Shown: positions 1 through 8,578, counted from the stretch's first letter. The stretch: DNA of 32,000 bases from Halothermothrix orenii H 168 (GCF_000020485.1 NC_011899.1:651937-683936), one strand, 5' to 3'. Notes: generated by a model not told the origin, from the sequence alone. A program made the numbers and translations.

Positions 1-1
1 A

Positions 2-1141
2 GCTGATAACTCGACAGTGGTTGCCAGGCAGCTCCGGGAAGAGGGCTATTATATAACTTCAATTGAAGAACAGGTAGAGAGAAAAGAAATTAATATTCAA
101 CTCAGTAACAGGGTTAAAACAAAGGACCTGGTATTGTTTACCCAGCAGTTTTCAGTATTGCTCAATGCCGGTATTTCTCTGGTTGAAGCCCTGGATATTA
201 TGTATGACCAGGTTGAACACCCCCGTTTGAAGGAGGTTGTTCGCTCCATACAGGAGGATGTGGAAACAGGTTCTTCCCTGACCGATGCCCTTTTAAAACA
301 CCCTGATGTGTTTCCGGAATTATACTGTCAGATGGTTAAAGCCGGTGAAGCCGGTGGTGTGCTTGACCAGGTCCTGGAACAATTAAGTGCCCATTATGAG
401 AGGCAGGATGAAATTAATAGCAAGGTTAAGTCAGCCATGTATTATCCGGTGATTTTACTGGTGGTAGCGGTTGGTGTCGTTATTTTTCTCATGACCCGGG
501 TTGTTCCCCAGTTTATCAGTCTCTTTTCATCTATGGACGTTGAGCTGCCATTACCGACCAGGATATTAATTAAATTAAGTACCTTTTTATCCTCATACTG
601 GTGGGCCCTGTTTGGGGGGCTGGGATTGACTGTAGCCCTTTTATTAAAATATAAAAGTACTCCCGAGGGAAGACGCCGGTTTGATAGTTTAATTCTCAAG
701 ATCCCTGTGTTCGGTAAGTTAATGCGGAAAATATATGTATCCCGTTTTACCAATACCCTGTCTATCCTGTTAACAAGTGGGATAGACATTATATCAGCCC
801 TTGCTATTGTCGAAGAGGTGGTGGGAAATAAGGTTTTTTCAGATGTGATTTCCCGCTCCCGCACCCAGGTAAGTGAAGGGATATCCCTTTCCCGGCCTCT
901 TGATGAGAGTGGGGAGTTTCCCCGGATGGTTATTCAGATGATCAATGTTGGCGAGGAAGCAGGTTCCCTGGATAATATGCTGCAGAAGGTTTCAGATTTT
1001 TATGATAAAGAAGTGGAAACCAGTATCAACAATACTGTTTCCCTTATTGAACCCCTTATGATAGTGGTTCTGGCGGTTATCGTTGGGTTTATTGTAATGT
1101 CCATTATATTACCCATGTTTGAAATGTATGAACAATTTTAG
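2..1141 (+). CDS. pilC: Type IV pilus / T2SS inner-membrane platform protein (PilC/GspF family), 5' end cut by window edge
   Basis: The frame is open from base 2, with no stop upstream of the listed GTG at 17. There are two GspF-type repeats ('FSVLLNAGISLVEALDIM' and 'LSILLTSGIDIISALAIV'), each followed by a hydrophobic TM stretch. The gene lies directly upstream of the pilin and prepilin peptidase. Confidence 0.9.
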   Translation, partial: ADNSTVVARQLREEGYYITSIEEQVERKEINIQLSNRVKTKDLVLFTQQFSVLLNAGISLVEALDIMYDQVEHPRLKEVVRSIQEDVETGSSLTDALLKHPDVFPELYCQMVKAGEAGGVLDQVLEQLSAHYERQDEINSKVKSAMYYPVILLVVAVGVVIFLMTRVVPQFISLFSSMDVELPLPTRILIKLSTFLSSYWWALFGGLGLTVALLLKYKSTPEGRRRFDSLILKIPVFGKLMRKIYVSRFTNTLSILLTSGIDIISALAIVEEVVGNKVFSDVISRSRTQVSEGISLSRPLDESGEFPRMVIQMINVGEEAGSLDNMLQKVSDFYDKEVETSINNTVSLIEPLMIVVLAVIVGFIVMSIILPMFEMYEQF

Positions 1142-1161
1142 GGAAAAAGATTATATAGGTG

Positions 1162-1191
1162 TTTCAATTACAATAACTTAACTGCTATAAT
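1162..1191 (+). promoter_or_regulatory. Candidate extended -10 promoter for the pilin gene
   Basis: TGcTATAAT, with TG at 1183-1184 and TATAAT at 1186-1191. The -35 is weak (TTTCAA at 1162-1167, 18-nt spacer). Read by eye only. Confidence 0.3.
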
Positions 1192-1317
1192 TAAAATTTT
1201 TATGAAATAACAAAATTTTAAATTTCGATAGAGGAGGTGAGTTCTGTAAGCCTGATTACTTTGTCTTAATTATGTTATTTATCAAATTAAAATTTTAAGG
1301 GGAGGTATTAATTAAAA

Positions 1318-1749
1318 ATGAAGTTTTTTAAAACTCTGTACACAAGAGAATCAGGTATAACCCTGGTTGAAATTTTGATTGTAATTGCCATTATTGGAAT
1401 TTTTGTGGGGATTGCCCTGCCGAGGCTAGGTGGTATGAGAGAAAGGGCCCAGGTTGCTACTGGAAAGAGTGTTCTGGGAACTATAAATACAGCACTGGGT
1501 TTATATTATTCGGAGTATGGTACCTATGAGTTAGGTTCGAACTATTCAGACATATCTGATCTTTTAAATGATTACATTGATAATTTAACTGCTACCCTTG
1601 GTGATTTTCAATTAGGAAATTACAATACACCTTCTGCTGATGAATTTACATTACAAATAGGTATTGACCAGAACGGTGATGGTAGTCTTACAGAAGCTGA
1701 TGATTTAATTCTGGAATTAGACCAGAATGGTGATATTGAAGTGAAATAA
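1318..1749 (+). CDS. pilA: Type IV major pilin candidate (143 aa, prepilin-type N-terminal cleavage/methylation signal)
   Basis: Leader MKFFKTLYTRESG, then ITLVEILIVIAIIGIFVGIAL with Glu at +5 (class III signal). Strong SD AAGGGGAGGT lies upstream. It is short, has no Cys, and sits between pilC and pilD. Confidence 0.85.
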   Translation: MKFFKTLYTRESGITLVEILIVIAIIGIFVGIALPRLGGMRERAQVATGKSVLGTINTALGLYYSEYGTYELGSNYSDISDLLNDYIDNLTATLGDFQLGNYNTPSADEFTLQIGIDQNGDGSLTEADDLILELDQNGDIEVK

Positions 1750-1775
1750 TAATTTTACAACAAGAACTTTATTAA

Positions 1776-1799
1776 GTGGCCCGGCTTTTGCCGGGTCAC
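1776..1799 (+). terminator. GC-rich hairpin just after the pilin stop (attenuator or transcript-stabilising stem; no U-tract)
   Basis: GTGGCCCGGC-TTTT-GCCGGGTCAC forms a 10-bp stem (9 Watson-Crick pairs and 1 G-U) with a 4-nt loop. It is followed by ATCCAGATT, not a T-run. Confidence 0.4.
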
Positions 1800-1827
1800 A
1801 TCCAGATTAAGATAAAGTGGTGGTTAT

Positions 1828-2568
1828 ATGAAATTATTTGTGTTTATCATGGGATTATTATTTGGAAGCTTCTTTAATGTAATTATCCTGAGGGTGCCCC
1901 GGAAAGAATCAATAATCTGGCCCCGTTCTCATTGCCCTCACTGTCAGACTACTCTGAAATGGTATGAGCTGATACCGGTTTTGAGTTTTATATTTCTTAA
2001 GGGGAAATGCCGTTACTGCGGCTACAGGATTAGCTGGCAGTACCCGCTGGTTGAAGTCATGACTGGACTTATATACTTACTATTATACTATCATTTTGGT
2101 TTAACTATGGTCTTTCTTATTTATATAATTTTAATATCATTGTTGATTATCTCTTCAGTAATTGATATCAGGGAGAAGATTATCCCCAATGTTATTACTT
2201 TTCCGGGAATGGTGACCGGGCTTATAAGTTCAATTATTTTAAAACACATTGGTTTCTGGAACTCTCTTCTGGGGATTTTAATTCCGGGAATATTTCTCTT
2301 CATAATCGCCCTCATCTTTAAGGGAGGGCTGGGGATGGGTGATGTCAAGCTGGTAGCCATGATCGGGGCCTTTACGGGGGTTAGATGGGCTTTAATGGCT
2401 TTATTCACCGGGGCTTTTCTCGGGGCCATAACCGGAATAATATTAATTGTTTCCGGGGTTTTGGACCGAAAAAAACCTGTTCCCTTTGGACCGTTTATCA
2501 GTATTGGCGGGCTTGTATCCATTCTCTGGGGATATGAGATCTGGATTTATATAATTAATCTTTATTAG
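1828..2568 (+). CDS. pilD: Prepilin peptidase / N-methyltransferase (peptidase A24, PilD)
   Basis: The N-terminal domain carries CPHC...CRYC zinc-type cysteines ('PRSHCPHCQTTLKWYELIPVLSFIFLKGKCRYCG'). It is polytopic, with 'GMGDVKL' and 'PFGPF' motifs typical of A24 aspartyl peptidases. Confidence 0.93.
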   Translation: MKLFVFIMGLLFGSFFNVIILRVPRKESIIWPRSHCPHCQTTLKWYELIPVLSFIFLKGKCRYCGYRISWQYPLVEVMTGLIYLLLYYHFGLTMVFLIYIILISLLIISSVIDIREKIIPNVITFPGMVTGLISSIILKHIGFWNSLLGILIPGIFLFIIALIFKGGLGMGDVKLVAMIGAFTGVRWALMALFTGAFLGAITGIILIVSGVLDRKKPVPFGPFISIGGLVSILWGYEIWIYIINLY

Positions 2569-2796
2569 TCGATTTTTAAAATTAATTCTTCTGATTTAAA
2601 AACCGGGGGTATAACAAATTTATTTTAATAAGTAAATTTTAATTACTTGCCTGAATTACTCTTGGATTACTTTATAAACCCTGGAATTTGGGTAAATTTG
2701 AGGTAGCAGGGCAACCTGAGCAGGGGTGATATGGTGTAGGGGATATTTAAAATTTTAATTAAAGGAAAAAAGGGTTCAACACTGGTCCTGGTTTTA

Positions 2797-4086
2797 ATGG
2801 TTCTTATTCTGGTCTTAATTTTCACCATGGCCATGATGCACATGGCCGGCACAGAAATTGACTTTGCAGCCCGGGATATGAATAATATGGTGGCCTTTTA
2901 CCTGGCCAGATCAGGGGCGGCTGCTTTAGCGGACTGGATAGAAAATAATGATTCCAATACTGTCAGGGACCTCTTCTGGGTTGAGGGAGGCCGGGGAACT
3001 GACTGGTTTAACCTGGAAACAGGATTTCCCGGTGAAATTAAGGTTCATGCTGAAGTAATATTAAATGAAGATGAGCACCGGGTGGAGGTTACTTCAGAAG
3101 GTCGAATTTACGGGAGAACAGATACAGTTAAAGTTATTCTGGTACCTGAAGGCCTGTCGCGGGAAAGGGTATTTGATATACCTTTTTTTGCTAAAGAATC
3201 GATTACAATGGAAAGTAACTCCCTGGTTGTGGGGGATCTGGGTACCAATGCCAGTAAGTTAAGTGATTTTGATATTGATTATTCTGCTGAAGTGGTTGAC
3301 GGTGATCTTCAGGTGGGACCGGAAGCCACTGATGGTGTTATAAACTCCCTGGAAAGCAAAAAAGTTGTGAAAGATGGTGTAGTAAAAAGATTACCTGAAG
3401 AACGAAACTATCCACTACCCTTATTCCCCCGTTTTCCAGATGACCTGCCAGATAGAGAGTTTAATTCTTCACTTACTACTATCGATAAAGATGGCTGGTA
3501 TGATGAAATTAAACTCACCGGTAACAGGGAACTGGTTATTGATGTTGGGGATGACGCCCGTAAGATTAGAATAACCAGCCTGATTATTAATTCAGGTGAA
3601 ATTACTATAATCGGGGACGGTACCCTGGAATTATATATAGATGAGGAATTTCAGGTTCTGGGTAATGGTTCTTTTATTAATAAGGGTGGAGATCCCAATA
3701 AGGTAGTTGTTTATTATAGGGGAAATGAAGACCTTAATCTCCATGGCCAAAGACAGATTGTTGGATCTTTGTACACTTATTATGCTGATATTGCCCTCGG
3801 TGGAAGTGGCAGTATTCTGGGTCATATTGTCAGTGGTGGTGATTATATAACTTTTAACGGTAATTATTATAATGAATATACTAAAGATTTTGTCAGGATC
3901 ATTTATGCTCCCCTGGCAACCCTTGATTTACGAAGTAGGCATGATGGTCTATCAGGGGCAGTGGTTTGTAATAGGTTGATTCTGGGTGATGATTTTTCAC
4001 TTAATGAGTTTTTTATCCAGGAGGCATTGCTTCCCTTTGATTTTGTAGGAGGAACTCCCTATATAATAGATCACTGGGAACAGTAG
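2797..4086 (+). CDS. PilX-N-like pilus assembly / putative tip protein with a beta-helix-like C-terminal region. The true start is probably upstream, at a non-canonical ATT at 2752.
   Basis: Hydrophobic N-terminus followed by 'FYLARSGAAAL', as in PilX_N-type proteins. The C-terminal half has short G-rich strand repeats ('IIGDGTLELYI','VLGNGSFINKGG','ALGGSGSILGHIVSGGDYITFNG'). It sits inside the pil operon. Confidence 0.6.
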   Translation: MVLILVLIFTMAMMHMAGTEIDFAARDMNNMVAFYLARSGAAALADWIENNDSNTVRDLFWVEGGRGTDWFNLETGFPGEIKVHAEVILNEDEHRVEVTSEGRIYGRTDTVKVILVPEGLSRERVFDIPFFAKESITMESNSLVVGDLGTNASKLSDFDIDYSAEVVDGDLQVGPEATDGVINSLESKKVVKDGVVKRLPEERNYPLPLFPRFPDDLPDREFNSSLTTIDKDGWYDEIKLTGNRELVIDVGDDARKIRITSLIINSGEITIIGDGTLELYIDEEFQVLGNGSFINKGGDPNKVVVYYRGNEDLNLHGQRQIVGSLYTYYADIALGGSGSILGHIVSGGDYITFNGNYYNEYTKDFVRIIYAPLATLDLRSRHDGLSGAVVCNRLILGDDFSLNEFFIQEALLPFDFVGGTPYIIDHWEQ

Positions 4087-4092
4087 AGAAGG

Positions 4093-5655
4093 GTGAAGAT
4101 AGAAATGAAATTATTAAAAAAAGAGAGAGGGTTATCCTTAATAGAAGTGATGGTTTCCCTGGTTATATTTGCGGTAATTGTTCTTGCTTTTGGTTCCTTT
4201 ATTACCTCAAATTATAAAGGTATCCAGGAGGCCGGAGAAATGACCAGGTCAGCCCATGAAAATAAAAAGACAGTAGAGAGAATGATTGCTTCAGGACAGG
4301 TCTCCCGGGGACATTCTTTAGAGCTTGACTTCGGGGAAGACAATATTGTGATAGATGGTGGTATAGCTGAATCGGGGAAACTAAGAACATTTATTCCCAC
4401 GGTCCCGGCCATTGTCAGTGTTACTTCAGACCCTGAGTTTCATGTAATGGGTGAAGGACCGGTAATTATCGAGGTTGTGGTTACTACCAGAATGGTACCT
4501 GATGACACCGCGGTTGAAGTTGAGTTGCGAACCCCTGACGATATACTGGTTGATACTGCAGTGGGGCAAATTCAGGATAACCAGGATACTCTTTATCTTA
4601 ATGCTGGGGAACATCTCTCAGATGGCATTTATAATATTGTAACCAGGGTAGATGGTATCTGGTCTCCTTTTGTTATTAATTATGTCATCAGGCCCATTGT
4701 TTATGTAGTGGTAGGGGAGGATAGCACCGTTCTCTGCTCAAATGATGGGGAAAACTGGACAGACCACAGTGAAGAGTTGCCGGTAGATGGTGTTGATTTA
4801 AATGCTATTATCTGGGGTGGACGTCCTGATGACCGGAAATTTATTATAGTCGGGGATGATGGTTATATATTTACCTCGGAGGACGGGGTTAACTGGCAGG
4901 AGGAAATAACTCCTACTGGTTCGGACCTCTATGATATTTGCTGGGCTAAAGAAAGGTATCTCGCCGTGGGTGAAGGGGGTATAATTCTTACTTCCGACAG
5001 TGGTACTGACTGGAATAAGATATCTTTTGATGATAATGTTAACCTCTATGGGGTTACATATGGTGGTACTTCAGAAGATAGCTTTTCAGTAGCAGTTCCG
5101 GAGGCAACTCCGAATTATACTGTTGTTAAAATTGAAGGGGAAGACCCTACCAAAAAAAATCTGACACCATCAGATAATCTTTACAGTGCTACCTGGGGAA
5201 GTCTACCCTCCAGTGGAGAAGGAGTGTTTATGGCTGCCGGTGTCCAGGATATTATCAGTTTTGATCATAATATTAAACTATTGACCGATAATGGTTATTA
5301 TAATGAGGATTATATTTTCAATGATATTGTTCCGGCTTTAATAGCAGAGACCAGTACTTTTCTGGCAGCCGGTTCTGATGGGAAAGATGGTGTAATTATG
5401 ATATTAAGGAAAGTGGATAGTGGTGGACTTATCTGGGATTACCTGCATAATGTTGACGAGCTTCCTGAAATCCCCTCAAATCTGGCAGGTTTTGATGCAA
5501 TAGTCTGGTTTAATGATAGATTAGTAGCCACCGGTGTTAATAAAAGCGGGAGAGAAGTAATTATTAATCTCCATTATAACGGGGATAGCTGGGAATGGCA
5601 GGATGTTTATACCGGTAGTGGGTATGTGAGACTAAATGATGTGGTGGCCCGGTAG
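4093..5655 (+). CDS. Giant prepilin-type protein: class III signal + Ig-like region + BNR/Asp-box beta-propeller-like repeats
   Basis: 'KKERG|LSLIEVMVSLVIFAVIV' (Glu +5). Asp-box motifs SNDGENW (4738-4758), SEDGVNW (4876-4896) and SDSGTDW (4993-5013) are each preceded by a VG-x-x-G strand. An alternative in-frame ATG start lies at 4105. Confidence 0.8.
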   Translation: MKIEMKLLKKERGLSLIEVMVSLVIFAVIVLAFGSFITSNYKGIQEAGEMTRSAHENKKTVERMIASGQVSRGHSLELDFGEDNIVIDGGIAESGKLRTFIPTVPAIVSVTSDPEFHVMGEGPVIIEVVVTTRMVPDDTAVEVELRTPDDILVDTAVGQIQDNQDTLYLNAGEHLSDGIYNIVTRVDGIWSPFVINYVIRPIVYVVVGEDSTVLCSNDGENWTDHSEELPVDGVDLNAIIWGGRPDDRKFIIVGDDGYIFTSEDGVNWQEEITPTGSDLYDICWAKERYLAVGEGGIILTSDSGTDWNKISFDDNVNLYGVTYGGTSEDSFSVAVPEATPNYTVVKIEGEDPTKKNLTPSDNLYSATWGSLPSSGEGVFMAAGVQDIISFDHNIKLLTDNGYYNEDYIFNDIVPALIAETSTFLAAGSDGKDGVIMILRKVDSGGLIWDYLHNVDELPEIPSNLAGFDAIVWFNDRLVATGVNKSGREVIINLHYNGDSWEWQDVYTGSGYVRLNDVVAR

Positions 5656-5666
5656 ACCAATCGGAG

Positions 5667-7430
5667 GTGGTTACTGTGTTTTCAAGGTTTTTTACCAGCA
5701 ATAAAGGATTAACCCTTATTGAGATATTAGTGGCCCTGGCTCTGGTAGGGATTGCATCTACAGCTATCTATGGCTTTTTAAATTTTACTGTTAATAACTA
5801 TCAGGATGGAGAAGAAAAAATAAGGGTTCAGGATTATACCAGACTGGTAGCGGATGAGATTACTGAAGAACTGAGGGGAGTTACTTCAGCAAGACTAATA
5901 GAAGATGTAGACAGTAGTGAAATTGATTCAGAGAATTATAACTATATGTATGTAAAACCGGATATTGATCTGGTGATAAAGAGGGTAAAAAACGAACTGG
6001 GTCTTATAGTTGAAGAAAAAATCCCCGGAGTATCGGGGGTAAAATATGTGGATCAGGCTGGCAATGTAATAAAAGATTTTACTCCTGATTATGAACTAAC
6101 CTTTTTCATAGATGATGATAACCCCGGAGTGCTTCATTTTAATTTAGTGGAAGTTAATAGTGGTTTTGAAGTGGAATCAGCTGTATATCTGATTAATATA
6201 GAAGGTGATATCAGTGGGGTCACTGAAGGAAAAATGCTTGAATACACATCACTTTATGATACGGGTGACCCCTTTGCCCATCTGGATTTCAATAAATTCT
6301 GGTATGAATGGTTGCAGGAAAATTATCAGGATGAGGGTATGATTGGTGAGGGTGATTATGGTGTCAATTTTCCCCTGGATGGTGGGGAACTTACCCTGAC
6401 TATTACGGGTTCGGGTAATGCTGCAGCTGGAGGGGCTATGCTTTTAAAGGAATTAAATTCTGACCATTTTCCCGAAGGGGCAGATATAACAAGCTTTGCG
6501 GTTGTTGTCGATGCCAGAAACCTTGATGTTGGTGAAGGCGGTTACGGGGTTCTACTAAGGGGGGAGGTAATTCAGGCCAGGGATAAAGATGGAGAAATAC
6601 TTGAAAATCAGTATAATGATTATGGTTATATGTTCCAGTTTGACCCCGGGGCCAGGGGGTTTGTGATCAGGAGGATAAAAGGAGGCTTTCATGATGTTGA
6701 AAATAATATTGGGGCCTCTCTGATAACAGGTAATGGTTATAACACCCGTTTCGGTGCACCTTATGCTCCGGAACACCTGGTTAATGATGTCTTTCACTGG
6801 AGTGGTTATCAGGACTGGTTTAAAAGGTATAAAACTGTAATAAAAGTTCAGACCCAGCCCGGTGGTGATTTAATATTGAGGGCACATCTTATTGACGAGG
6901 ATGGTCACAGATCAGATGAAATGATCTTTGGTGATTTTAATAAACTGACGCTTATCGGTAAATATGGGGAAGAGAATATATTTGATGGCAGAAAGCTCGA
7001 TTATGATTACTGGAGTAATGAAGATGTAACCCTCCCTGGTAATATTATCGGGCTCAGGAGCTGGGATATGCATAATAATGAACATACAACCGAGTTTTAT
7101 GAAATTTCAATTGCCCCGGCTGAACCCGGTGTGATAGATATAGATTATGATAATAAAGTAATTACATTAACTTTTGATGAAGAGGTAATAGCCGATGATT
7201 TATCATTATTAACTGGTAATTTTATAATTACAAGGGTTACTAATAATATGGAATTTACTGTTTTCAGTATTGAACAGGGAAACACCACCAGGTCTATCGA
7301 ATTAAATCTCAGTAGTGCCCTGGGCAAGGGAACCTATCTTATCAGTTATAGCAGACCAGCTTCAGGGGGACTTGCCGATTCGGAAGGAAATTTAGTTGAA
7401 GATTTTGATAGATATCTGGAAATTAACTAA
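5667..7430 (+). CDS. Giant prepilin-type protein: class III signal + large beta-sandwich region + C-terminal Ig-like domain
   Basis: 'TSNKG|LTLIEILVALALVGIA' (Glu +5). The C-terminal 'VITLTFDEEV...FIITRV...FTVFSIEQGNTTRSIELNLSSALGKGTYLISY...LADSEGNLV' follows the bacterial Ig-like (Big_5/SbsA-like) pattern. SD GGAGGTG at 5663-5669 favours the in-frame GTG at 5676 as the real start. Confidence 0.8.
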   Translation: MVTVFSRFFTSNKGLTLIEILVALALVGIASTAIYGFLNFTVNNYQDGEEKIRVQDYTRLVADEITEELRGVTSARLIEDVDSSEIDSENYNYMYVKPDIDLVIKRVKNELGLIVEEKIPGVSGVKYVDQAGNVIKDFTPDYELTFFIDDDNPGVLHFNLVEVNSGFEVESAVYLINIEGDISGVTEGKMLEYTSLYDTGDPFAHLDFNKFWYEWLQENYQDEGMIGEGDYGVNFPLDGGELTLTITGSGNAAAGGAMLLKELNSDHFPEGADITSFAVVVDARNLDVGEGGYGVLLRGEVIQARDKDGEILENQYNDYGYMFQFDPGARGFVIRRIKGGFHDVENNIGASLITGNGYNTRFGAPYAPEHLVNDVFHWSGYQDWFKRYKTVIKVQTQPGGDLILRAHLIDEDGHRSDEMIFGDFNKLTLIGKYGEENIFDGRKLDYDYWSNEDVTLPGNIIGLRSWDMHNNEHTTEFYEISIAPAEPGVIDIDYDNKVITLTFDEEVIADDLSLLTGNFIITRVTNNMEFTVFSIEQGNTTRSIELNLSSALGKGTYLISYSRPASGGLADSEGNLVEDFDRYLEIN

Positions 7431-7519
7431 TCTGGAAAATTTTCAAGTTTCCATTAAAATCAATAATTACAAGACTCAAATTACCTAAATCGTTTAATTT
7501 TCAAATGAGGTGAGAGGAT

Positions 7520-8578
7520 ATGTTTTTTGGCAATAAAACAATAACAGCTGTAGATATTGGCAGTTATGCCATTAAGGCCGTCAAAATGAGAGCTGGTAAA
7601 AATGGACTCAATATTATAACAGCCGGTAGTCGCATTTTACCTGAAAAAGCTGTAAATCAGGGGGAAATACAGGATTATGCTGTGGTATCCAGGATTCTCA
7701 AGGATGTTCTGGAAGAGATTAACGGGAGTAAATATATTATAACAGCTGTTCCCGGAAAGAATTTAATAATAAGAAATATGGAAATGCCTTTAATAAGTGA
7801 AGAGGAATTAACAGAAGCCATTAAGTGGGAAGCCGATGATTACTTACCCTTTCCTGTTGAGCAGGCCATGTTTGATTATATACTGCTATCAAAGGATGAG
7901 GAAAATATGTCGGTGTTGCTGGTAGCAGCCGAGAGGAAAACTATCAATGGGCTGGTAAAGATTTTTGATAACATAGGTCTAAAACCGGCTGTAATTAATG
8001 CCCAGCCTATGGCTTTAATTTCTCTGCTTAAAATTCAGGGCCTTGTTGATGATACGGTGGCCCTTGTTGACGCCGGGGCTTCGGGAACACGGGTAATTAT
8101 TGGTGATGGTAAAAATATTTACCTATCACGTAATATAGATATTGGTGGTAACCATTTTACCGAAACCCTTATGGAGTCAAGAAACCTTGAATTCAGTGAA
8201 GCTGAAGAATATAAAAGAAAAGAAGGACTGGCAGCAGATGATCAAAACGATAACAGTGCTGGTTTTACTGATTTAACTACCACTGGACTCGTTAAAACCC
8301 TGTCTGCCCTGGCTGACAGCCTGGCCGGGGAAATTTCCCGCTCCCTTGAATACTATTTTATGAAGTATAAGGATAATGATCTTGATAAGATTTTTTTCAC
8401 CGGGGGCTGTTCCCGGCTTAAAGGACTTGACAGGGTGATAAGTGAGGAAACAGGTGTCACGGTAGTTTCTATAGATCCCTTTGAATATTTTGATTTTGAA
8501 ACCTGGGGTGAGGGGGCACCCGGTTTTTCGGTTGCTGTAGGACTCGGAGCTAGTGAGGTGCTTGGTAATGAGAATTAA
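7520..8578 (+). CDS. pilM: Type IV pilus assembly protein PilM (actin-like ATPase fold)
   Basis: 'AVDIGSYAIKAVKM', 'VDAGASGTRVIIG' and 'FFTGGCSRLKGL' are actin/FtsA-like phosphate and adenosine motifs. It is followed by pilN and pilO. Confidence 0.92.
   Translation: MFFGNKTITAVDIGSYAIKAVKMRAGKNGLNIITAGSRILPEKAVNQGEIQDYAVVSRILKDVLEEINGSKYIITAVPGKNLIIRNMEMPLISEEELTEAIKWEADDYLPFPVEQAMFDYILLSKDEENMSVLLVAAERKTINGLVKIFDNIGLKPAVINAQPMALISLLKIQGLVDDTVALVDAGASGTRVIIGDGKNIYLSRNIDIGGNHFTETLMESRNLEFSEAEEYKRKEGLAADDQNDNSAGFTDLTTTGLVKTLSALADSLAGEISRSLEYYFMKYKDNDLDKIFFTGGCSRLKGLDRVISEETGVTVVSIDPFEYFDFETWGEGAPGFSVAVGLGASEVLGNEN

Noticed and set aside
1231-1263. A very strong SD-like GAGGAGGTGA in the pilA leader, followed by a 10-codon GTG mini-ORF (MSSVSLITLS).
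   Set aside because: The GTG is part of the SD itself (zero spacing) and the ORF is tiny. It may be a ribosome standby site or a relic, but I cannot support a gene or a leader peptide.
3065-3262. A 65-aa plus-strand ORF in another frame inside the PilX-N-like gene, and 29477-29689 inside hydB.
   Set aside because: They are embedded in well-supported genes with no ribosome-binding site. The translations are W/L/K-rich with no recognisable pattern.
7414-7440. A direct repeat ATCTGGAAAT / ATCTGGAAAAT flanking the stop codon of the 587-aa gene.
   Set aside because: It is only about 10 nt with one indel. There are no associated inverted repeats, target-site logic or mobile genes. It is probably chance.
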